Source: an uncultured Granulosicoccaceae bacterium | GTDB lineage: Bacteria; Pseudomonadota; Gammaproteobacteria; Granulosicoccales; Granulosicoccaceae | Direction: 5' to 3' | Length of the DNA: 32,000 nt | Assembly: GCA_937958675.1 (NCBI GenBank) | Contig: CALGND010000020.1 | Location: forward strand, 10,017 to 42,016 | Shown: positions 26,189-32,000 of the stretch, one piece after another | Numbering within the stretch: the stretch's first letter is position 1 | How the letters are laid out: the number at the start of each line of letters is the position of its first letter | The notes under the pieces: generated by a model | What the model saw: only the letters and a program-made list of their open reading frames with translations | Told to the model about the DNA's origin: nothing | Databases searched by the model: none | Program-made: the position numbers and the translations under genes

Positions 26189-26389
26189 ATGGATAAAGCA
26201 AACTACCACTCAACACTTAAGGCTATGTTCGAGGCAGGCGTCAGCGACGCTTATTATCATGGATGGGCCAGTGGCGCTCTGGGCAACCCTTTGTTGGAAG
26301 AACAACGCATAACAGAGGATTACACTGCGGGGTATGAGCATGGTAAAGAGGGTGATTCAGAGGGCTACAAGAGCTGGATCAAAGCTTAG
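26189..26389 (+). CDS. Small hypothetical protein (66 aa)
   Basis: An ATG ORF in an otherwise empty gap, on the same strand as its neighbours. No motif recognised. Confidence 0.4.
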   Translation: MDKANYHSTLKAMFEAGVSDAYYHGWASGALGNPLLEEQRITEDYTAGYEHGKEGDSEGYKSWIKA

Positions 26390-26453
26390 GTGTGAATCCG
26401 GGTCAATCAAAACTGTAGTAAGCTAGTCGCATCCTTTGCCCTAGTTAAAGTTT

Positions 26454-26828
26454 ATGTCTGCTCTCTTAATCATTGCGCACGGCAGTCGTCGTGCAGAATC
26501 AAACGAAGAAATCAAAGCGCTAACCGCACAAGTCGCGTCGCGTGCAAACGAGCACTTCGATCTAGTGGAATGTGCCTTTTTAGAGCTTGCTGAACCCTTA
26601 ATTCCCGATGGTGTTAATAGCCTTGTTGATCAAGGTGCAAAATCTATCGTCGTGGTGCCGTATTTTTTAGCTAAGGGTGCTCATGTCAGGGATGATATCC
26701 CGGAAGCCGTTGCACTTGCTCAGGCTGCCCATCCTAATATCACTATCACTGTGAGTAACTACTTTGGTGCAGCGGAAATCGTGCCTGACGCCTTAACCGA
26801 GTTGGCAATTGCCGCTACTGCTCAATAG
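26454..26828 (+). CDS. CbiX/SirB-type (small) sirohydrochlorin chelatase-like protein
   Basis: LLIIAHGSRRAESNEE and VVVPYFLAKGAHVRDDIP are the class-II chelatase CbiX(S) signature blocks. Confidence 0.7.
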   Translation: MSALLIIAHGSRRAESNEEIKALTAQVASRANEHFDLVECAFLELAEPLIPDGVNSLVDQGAKSIVVVPYFLAKGAHVRDDIPEAVALAQAAHPNITITVSNYFGAAEIVPDALTELAIAATAQ

Positions 26829-26851
26829 TTATTACATGGGATCTGATTAGC

Positions 26852-27607
26852 ATGTCTGCTAACTCATTAACCCTTACAAATAAAGTAGCGCTAGTCACGG
26901 GTTCAGCTAAACGACTCGGTGCCGCAAGTGTGAAGGCTTTACATTCTGTAGGGGTTAATGTCGTGGTGCATTATCACCGATCGCAGAGTGCGGCAGAACA
27001 ATTAGTTGAAGAACTCAACGTCATACGCGCCAACTCAGCGATATCGCTTGGAACAGGATTGGGCACTAAAGACCAAGCTCAATGGCTAGTGGAACAATCT
27101 ATCCATCAGTGGAAACGCTTGGATATCGTAGTCAACAATGCCTCGAGTTTTTTCCCTACGCCTATCGGCAATATTGTTGACGACGATGTTTCCAACCTTA
27201 TAGCCAGTAATGTCGCAGCCCCGTTGTTTGTCACGCAAGCAGCACATACAGAATTAGCTAAAAACAAAGGTTCAGTGATTAATATGGTGGATATCCATGC
27301 ATTTAAACCATACAAAGATCACATGATGTATTCGGCTGCGAAGGCGGCGCTAGCGATGCTAACCCAATCCATGGCAGCAGAATTAGCGCCGCAGGTTCGC
27401 GTTAACGGTATTGCGCCAGGTGCCATTTTATGGCCAGAGGATGGCTCGTTGGATGCCGAACAACAACGGTTAAAAATTGCTGAGATACCGCTAGCGCGTC
27501 AAGGTACGCCCCATGATATCGCGCAACTTGTGGTTTATCTATCTAGCGATGCAGCAGAATTTATTACGGGTGAGATTATCAAAGTGGATGGCGGTAGGGC
27601 GATTTAG
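26852..27607 (+). CDS. SDR-family pteridine reductase (FolM/PTR1-like)
   Basis: VTGSAKRLG, VNNASSFFPTP and YSAAK (YxxxK). The NNAS-F-PTP block is typical of pteridine reductases. It neighbours folK and folB. Confidence 0.7.
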   Translation: MSANSLTLTNKVALVTGSAKRLGAASVKALHSVGVNVVVHYHRSQSAAEQLVEELNVIRANSAISLGTGLGTKDQAQWLVEQSIHQWKRLDIVVNNASSFFPTPIGNIVDDDVSNLIASNVAAPLFVTQAAHTELAKNKGSVINMVDIHAFKPYKDHMMYSAAKAALAMLTQSMAAELAPQVRVNGIAPGAILWPEDGSLDAEQQRLKIAEIPLARQGTPHDIAQLVVYLSSDAAEFITGEIIKVDGGRAI

Positions 27608-27683
27608 ATAAGCAACAATGGTTTGGATTCAAACAATAAATGAGACCATCAATAGGCACTAACAGCCGTTCAGCACAAAAGGC

Positions 27684-28184
27684 TCAAAAATTAAGCGCCA
27701 CTTTTGACAAAATCTGGTGCACTTCAGGTTTTGCTCTTTTAAGTTCACTTAATAAAGCGCTATAGGTTTTTTTTAGCACAGGGTGGGTGTCATTGGGTAT
27801 GAGATCCACTATTGGTATCAGCACATGTGCAGCAGTAGTGATCTCTGCTCTGGGTATAGTGATGGTTGGCGTGTTTATAATACTGTCACCAAAAAGTAAT
27901 AAATCGACATCCATCGTTCGGCTCGAAAACTTATTGCTTGTGCGAACACGACCAAGCTCGCTTTCAATTTTTTTTAATAGTTGCGCGACTGATTCGATTG
28001 TTTGAACCGTTTGAGCTGAAACAACGGCGTTTAAGAAATCATCACTGTCCATACCAACGGCTGCAGAGCGGTACACAGGCGACCATAATGGGTGTTCAAA
28101 ATGAGTGGCTAGCGCGTTGGCGCAGCGTTTGAAATTGGTTTCTGGTTCGATATTGCTGCCGATACTTAATAAGATGCGCGTCAT
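27684..28184 (-). CDS. folK: 2-amino-4-hydroxy-6-hydroxymethyldihydropteridine diphosphokinase
   Basis: 166 aa with LSIGSNIEP and SRTMDVDLLLFGD blocks. Located 3 nt downstream of folB. Confidence 0.85.
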   Translation of the reverse strand: MTRILLSIGSNIEPETNFKRCANALATHFEHPLWSPVYRSAAVGMDSDDFLNAVVSAQTVQTIESVAQLLKKIESELGRVRTSNKFSSRTMDVDLLLFGDSIINTPTITIPRAEITTAAHVLIPIVDLIPNDTHPVLKKTYSALLSELKRAKPEVHQILSKVALNF

Positions 28185-28187
28185 AGC

Positions 28188-28553
28188 TTAGCGGGTTTTT
28201 GATCTAACAATTTTAACGCCGACATCGCCTGAGTTACTGAGCGCACCCACCTTGTGGAGGGTTAGCTGAAGCCATGGCACAGAAAATTCATCCATGATAA
28301 TGCTGGCTATGCGTTCGGCAAGGGTTTCGATAAGCTGAAATTCACTTTGTTGTACGTATGCCTCAACGCGTTTAGAAAGTAGTTTGTAGTTAAGCGTATC
28401 TTCTATGTTATCCCGCTGTGCGGCTTTCTCAACTGATGTGCCAAGCTCTAAGTCGATACTAATTGTTTGTTTTATGCTGCGTTCTTTTTCGTAAATGCCA
28501 ATAATAGCGTCGGCTCGCAGATCGGTAATAAAAATGATGTCCATCGGTGCCAT
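28188..28553 (-). CDS. folB: Dihydroneopterin aldolase
   Basis: 121 aa. MDIIFITDLRADAIIGIYEKER...Q is a typical FolB N-terminus, and the gene is adjacent to folK. Confidence 0.85.
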   Translation of the reverse strand: MAPMDIIFITDLRADAIIGIYEKERSIKQTISIDLELGTSVEKAAQRDNIEDTLNYKLLSKRVEAYVQQSEFQLIETLAERIASIIMDEFSVPWLQLTLHKVGALSNSGDVGVKIVRSKTR

Positions 28554-28577
28554 GTTGGTGCCTTATTAATTTCGCTG

Positions 28578-29708
28578 CTACAAACCAGCCTCTAGGTGGC
28601 GCATGGCATCACCTGAAGAGATTGCGTCACGTGCTTTGTTGGCCGCCGTAGCTAAATCTTTTTCTTTTCCGGTGTGCCACATCACTAAGGCTGCGCCGAG
28701 TACGGCGGCATCGTACATGGGGCCACTTTTCCCTGAAAGTGCTTCACGGCCTTTTTCCGCGCACAGTTCGGATAGTGCTTCGATGTCCCATTTCCTGCCA
28801 ATTGGGTTGTTCTTCTTAGTTGCCATCGGTAGATCATCGGGGATATCTTCAGCGCGATATTCGCGTAGTAGCTCTATAACTTCAAGATCCAGATCGTGTT
28901 CCTCGTAGTCCACACCATCGCTATATCGGACCACGTGTGCCGGTGCTCTAAATGAGGGGATAATGCCACCTTCAGTGCCGCGTACTAATAGCAACGAGTC
29001 GTAAGCTACGTGTCGCGCAAGCATGCAGTAAGTATCACGATACGGCTTGTGAACATAGCCTGTTACTAAATGCGTTTTTTGAGCGCCCTTGATAGGAAAT
29101 ACCAGCACCTCAGTAGTGCTAAGCACAGGGCGTTTTACGATACGCGCGCGCAGATCATTAAGTGAATGAAGGCTAGGGCACATCTGGGCTTGGTCTACAT
29201 AGCCCCAAGCAATACTTGGGTCGGCGATACGCTTAGCAACATCGCTGGTTGTTCGCTTGGGATTCCCGCCCAAAGCTTTAATGATGGTGTGGTGGTTAAC
29301 ACCAAACTTAGGGCCGCCCGATTCGACGCCGTGAGAATAGACGTTAACACCGCAAGCGGCTAGCACTGGTAGTGCGAATAGAGAGCCCTGTAAGGTACGA
29401 TTAAAACCATTGTACGGCTCAGAAATCGCTACGACTTCATCAATAGGTGCATTAACGATGGTAGTGACGTCCTGTAACGCATCCATCACCCCCTTAAGCT
29501 CATCATCGGTTTCGCGCTTCATGCGTAGACCAATTAAAAATACGCCAGCTTGCACTGGGTCTGCCGAACCATCAAGCAGTGCGTGCATGACAGAGCGCGC
29601 CTCCTCTCGAGAGATATTTTTACTGAGTTCGGGCCCGGTAGCGACGCGTTGAATAACCGATCGCATCATTTCAGCGTCGGCAATTGTGTATTGGCTTTGA
29701 TCATTCAT
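28578..29708 (-). CDS. Divergent glycosyltransferase-family-3 (TrpD-like) protein lacking the canonical PRPP-binding motifs
   Basis: The N-terminal helical bundle is TrpD-like (EEARSVMHALLDGSADPVQAGVFLIGLRMKRETDDELKG). Where TrpD has GTGGDG and KHGN, this protein has SEPYNG and SHGV. Confidence 0.6.
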   Translation of the reverse strand: MNDQSQYTIADAEMMRSVIQRVATGPELSKNISREEARSVMHALLDGSADPVQAGVFLIGLRMKRETDDELKGVMDALQDVTTIVNAPIDEVVAISEPYNGFNRTLQGSLFALPVLAACGVNVYSHGVESGGPKFGVNHHTIIKALGGNPKRTTSDVAKRIADPSIAWGYVDQAQMCPSLHSLNDLRARIVKRPVLSTTEVLVFPIKGAQKTHLVTGYVHKPYRDTYCMLARHVAYDSLLLVRGTEGGIIPSFRAPAHVVRYSDGVDYEEHDLDLEVIELLREYRAEDIPDDLPMATKKNNPIGRKWDIEALSELCAEKGREALSGKSGPMYDAAVLGAALVMWHTGKEKDLATAANKARDAISSGDAMRHLEAGL

Positions 29709-29748
29709 TTAGGGCGGATTCTCGTAAAATTCGTGTTAGTCGTTTTCG

Positions 29749-30084
29749 TTAACTATTGCTTAAATTGATGAAGACATCGTTATCAACGATGGTGACGGGG
29801 TAAACAACAAGATCCTCGTTCGCAGGATCATCTAGCACTTTACCGGTAGTTAATTCGAAACGGCTGCCGTGCAATGGGCATTTCACTTTCGTACCTGAAA
29901 GATTACCATCGCAGAGCCTGGCGTCTTCGTGCGTGCACATTTCATCTGCGACAAACACACCTTCGCTGGTATTGGCTACTAGCACGTTACGATCACTGAG
30001 CGACACACAACGCATATCATTGCTTGGTATATCGCTTAATTGACATACCTTGGTGAGTGAATTGTTCGGTGTCTCGCTTGTCAT
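29749..30084 (-). CDS. Rieske [2Fe-2S] ferredoxin-type protein
   Basis: 111 aa with the ligand motifs CTH and CPLH (C-x-H ... C-x-x-H). Confidence 0.85.
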   Translation of the reverse strand: MTSETPNNSLTKVCQLSDIPSNDMRCVSLSDRNVLVANTSEGVFVADEMCTHEDARLCDGNLSGTKVKCPLHGSRFELTTGKVLDDPANEDLVVYPVTIVDNDVFINLSNS

Positions 30085-30280
30085 GTGGTTAGCATTCCTT
30101 ACTTGGGGCTATTTATTGTTCATTGTATCGTATGCCAATGGGCAAGGTTCGCGCAATTATTGGCTTAAGAATCCGTGCTGGACTAGAAGCGTACCGTATG
30201 CCTAAAGTGATATCGGTTGAAGGTAGGAATGTCGGTATACTGCAGTGTATTGGTTAATCGCTTAGGAAAGGAAGTGACTC

Positions 30281-30733
30281 ATGTCTGAACTCACCGACGA
30301 ACAAGGTATGCAATTGTCCAGCGGAATCGCCGCTTTTGAAGCCAAAGAGTTTCGACGTGCGTGGCAGATGCTAGAGCCGATGTCAGATGAGGGTAACGCC
30401 GATGCGCAATATCGTTGTGCCATCATGGTTCAAAACGGCCTAGGTGTTATCGCGCGCCCCAGCGCTGCTGCGAATCTTATGCGAAGTGCCGCCGAGCAAG
30501 GCTTAGGTTTGGCCCAACATGGGCTAGGTGTGATGCATTTATTTGGTGAAGGCGTAGAGCAAAATGCTGACGAAGCTATCCGCTGGTTGGAGCAAGCCGG
30601 GGAGAGCGGGCTGGCCGGAGCCTGGTCAACTCTGGGTATGATGTTTATGGAAGGGCAAGGTGTTGAAAAAGACGCCGATAAGGCTCGCGCTTTTTACGAA
30701 AAAGCAGGTTTTGACCCGAGCGAATTTGCCTAG
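30281..30733 (+). CDS. Sel1-repeat (TPR-like) protein
   Basis: Repeated units of the type A(Q/W)..LG.M...G.GV..(D/N)..(E/K)A..W...A, three to four copies. Confidence 0.8.
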   Translation: MSELTDEQGMQLSSGIAAFEAKEFRRAWQMLEPMSDEGNADAQYRCAIMVQNGLGVIARPSAAANLMRSAAEQGLGLAQHGLGVMHLFGEGVEQNADEAIRWLEQAGESGLAGAWSTLGMMFMEGQGVEKDADKARAFYEKAGFDPSEFA

Positions 30734-30745
30734 TGTTTGCCTAGA

Positions 30746-31444
30746 TCAATATATTGCGTCAACGCTATCATTAACCGCACCGGTATCTTTATGCGGGATT
30801 AACATTCCGCACCCCATGGTTCTGCCGTGACCCAAGCCATTGTCTTGCAATAGCTGCGATTGCGGGGCAGGTATATCTGCCAACATGACACTACGTGTTA
30901 ATCGAGGACCTTGTCGTGTTTTCACAGTATGTTCTTTGCCGCAGAGAATTTTCGTGGGCGAAAAATTACTCTCACGGCACTGACGAATAATACGTTCCTC
31001 AAATGCATGCTCGTCACAGTTAACATCTAGGTCATCAAAAAATGTGTATCGGGAGAACAACGTTGACGACGGCAATAACGCTTTGGTTTGACCACCGATA
31101 ATATGTAGCGGTGAACCACTGATATCCAATGTGACGCCGCTTAACTGCACAATAAGTGACGCAGCACTTTCTACATCGATACGTATCCTAAAACGGGTGC
31201 GTTTTGATAACAAAAGATATTCGGATTCGTTTTCTGGTCTTTCCCAACCATTTTGAGAGCCGGCTACATGGATCGGGTGAATACCAGCACGTGGAGATTC
31301 AGTGATTTGTGGTGCTAGCTCGCAAACCGCGTCAGCCAATGCTGCGGCGTGATCAACGATTAAACGCGCGCAATCGATACGAAATACTACATCGGTCATT
31401 GAGGCCTGTGTGGGGTGTTCTGTATTGCTTGATTCTTGCCACAT
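30746..31444 (-). CDS. Cas6/Cmx6-like RAMP protein (type I-MYXAN Cas6 family), with no CRISPR array in view
   Basis: The C-terminal GLGHGRTMGCGML fits the Cas6 glycine-rich loop G-h-G-x5-G-h-G exactly. The N-terminal MWQE and GIHPIHVAGSQNGWERP resemble my recollection of the Cmx6 family. Confidence 0.6.
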   Translation of the reverse strand: MWQESSNTEHPTQASMTDVVFRIDCARLIVDHAAALADAVCELAPQITESPRAGIHPIHVAGSQNGWERPENESEYLLLSKRTRFRIRIDVESAASLIVQLSGVTLDISGSPLHIIGGQTKALLPSSTLFSRYTFFDDLDVNCDEHAFEERIIRQCRESNFSPTKILCGKEHTVKTRQGPRLTRSVMLADIPAPQSQLLQDNGLGHGRTMGCGMLIPHKDTGAVNDSVDAIY

Positions 31445-31448
31445 CTAT

Positions 31449-32000
31449 TCAATCCTGAATTTTGGATTGCAGTTTTTCGCGATCAAACCACCAATCCGTT
31501 TGTACCATGACATCGATTACGTTCCTTAAACGCACTAAAAACTTATCAGGCACATCGAGTTCCATCCGCTCTACCCAAAGTTCAAATTCCATTTGCGATT
31601 TTACATTGCCGTGCCGTTTGGCTACTCGCGCCAGATTAGCGCCAGTAAATAGCCGAAGTTCTTCTCGCCTTGTGCCGTCGCTTCGCAGATCAACCACGTA
31701 GTGTGCAGTAGCGGCCGCTACTGCCGCACCATCGGATTCGTCCGGGGTTTCATCGATGATGTGTGAGAGTACGTTGGCTGTTAGGTGCGGATCGACCGGG
31801 TAGGTCACCGCTAGCCAAGCGGCTTGTCCAATGGCGGGAATAGCGTCGTCTTTGTCGGCAAGGTAGATATACTGACAAGCTAGCGCTGCATCTTCGAAGG
31901 CTTCGCTGGCAATAAAGACATCAACAGCAGGGCGTGCAAAGTCCCATGCATCGTCTTTTCTGTCCAAATCTAACAGGATGCCAGCAATTTCTAGGGCTAT
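31449..32000 (-). CDS. Hypothetical protein, N-terminus beyond the window end
   Basis: The frame stays open from 31967 to nt 32000, so the TTG at 31967 is internal. The stop is 4 nt before the Cas6-like start. No motif recognised. Confidence 0.6.
   Translation of the reverse strand: MALEIAGILLDLDRKDDAWDFARPAVDVFIASEAFEDAALACQYIYLADKDDAIPAIGQAAWLAVTYPVDPHLTANVLSHIIDETPDESDGAAVAAATAHYVVDLRSDGTRREELRLFTGANLARVAKRHGNVKSQMEFELWVERMELDVPDKFLVRLRNVIDVMVQTDWWFDREKLQSKIQD

Noticed and set aside
26454-26828. The CbiX-like gene together with cysG as evidence for a cobalamin biosynthesis cluster.
   Set aside because: No other cob or cbi genes are present. The two genes are 5 kb apart in different transcription units. 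Siroheme and sulfur assimilation, or an unknown chelation role, are equally compatible.
27608-27683. Rho-independent terminator between the convergent pteridine reductase and folK genes.
   Set aside because: Only a 5-bp stem (GTTTG-GATT-CAAAC) without a U-tract is present, which is not convincing. Convergent pairs at 14502-14511 and 30734-30745 likewise have no room for terminators.
1-32000. CRISPR array, tRNA, rRNA, IS element, integrase or prophage content.
   Set aside because: The only tandem repeats have two copies of 8-14 bp with no spacers. No tRNA-like T-arm or acceptor patterns appear in the intergenic gaps. No transposase, integrase or phage-like ORFs occur in any frame. A horizontally acquired 'island' status for the phosphonate locus is therefore unsupported.

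Overview
The window looks like an ordinary chromosomal segment of a marine-type gammaproteobacterium, judged by eye from moderate GC and the gene content. I found no rRNA, tRNA, IS, integrase or CRISPR array. About 37 genes are tightly packed, and five junctions show ATGA start/stop overlap.

Blocks in order:
1. 1-4845 (+): a TRAP transporter (DctPQM) followed by a crotonase and a family-III CoA-transferase.
2. 4955-14501: a phosphonate catabolic locus on the minus strand. It reads Na/Pi-PhoU transporter, phnW, phnA (phosphonoacetate hydrolase), phnY, then two accessory genes (a class-III PLP enzyme and a D-2-hydroxyacid dehydrogenase). A LysR regulator is divergent from it, and REP-like elements lie in its gaps.
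3. 14512-16871 (-): an uncharacterised operon of a HemN-like radical-SAM enzyme and an alpha/beta-hydrolase, with a clear promoter and operator.
4. A GGDEF-EAL signalling protein, yajD and cysG.
5. A tusA-yeeE sulfur-uptake operon ending in an S24-peptidase-like gene.
6. Two tandem 2OG-Fe(II) oxygenases.
7. A pterin/folate neighbourhood: CbiX-like protein, pteridine reductase, folK, folB, a divergent TrpD-like protein and a Rieske ferredoxin.
8. At the right edge, a solo Cas6/Cmx6-like RAMP protein coupled to an unknown gene that runs off the window.

Best candidates for new biology:
- the orphan Cas6-like module;
- the radical-SAM/hydrolase pair with a CX8CX2C motif;
- the accessory pair and the unusual transporter in the phosphonate locus;
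- the Rieske/TrpD-like genes fused to folBK.

All functional calls rest on my reading of motifs in the translations. No database search was run.
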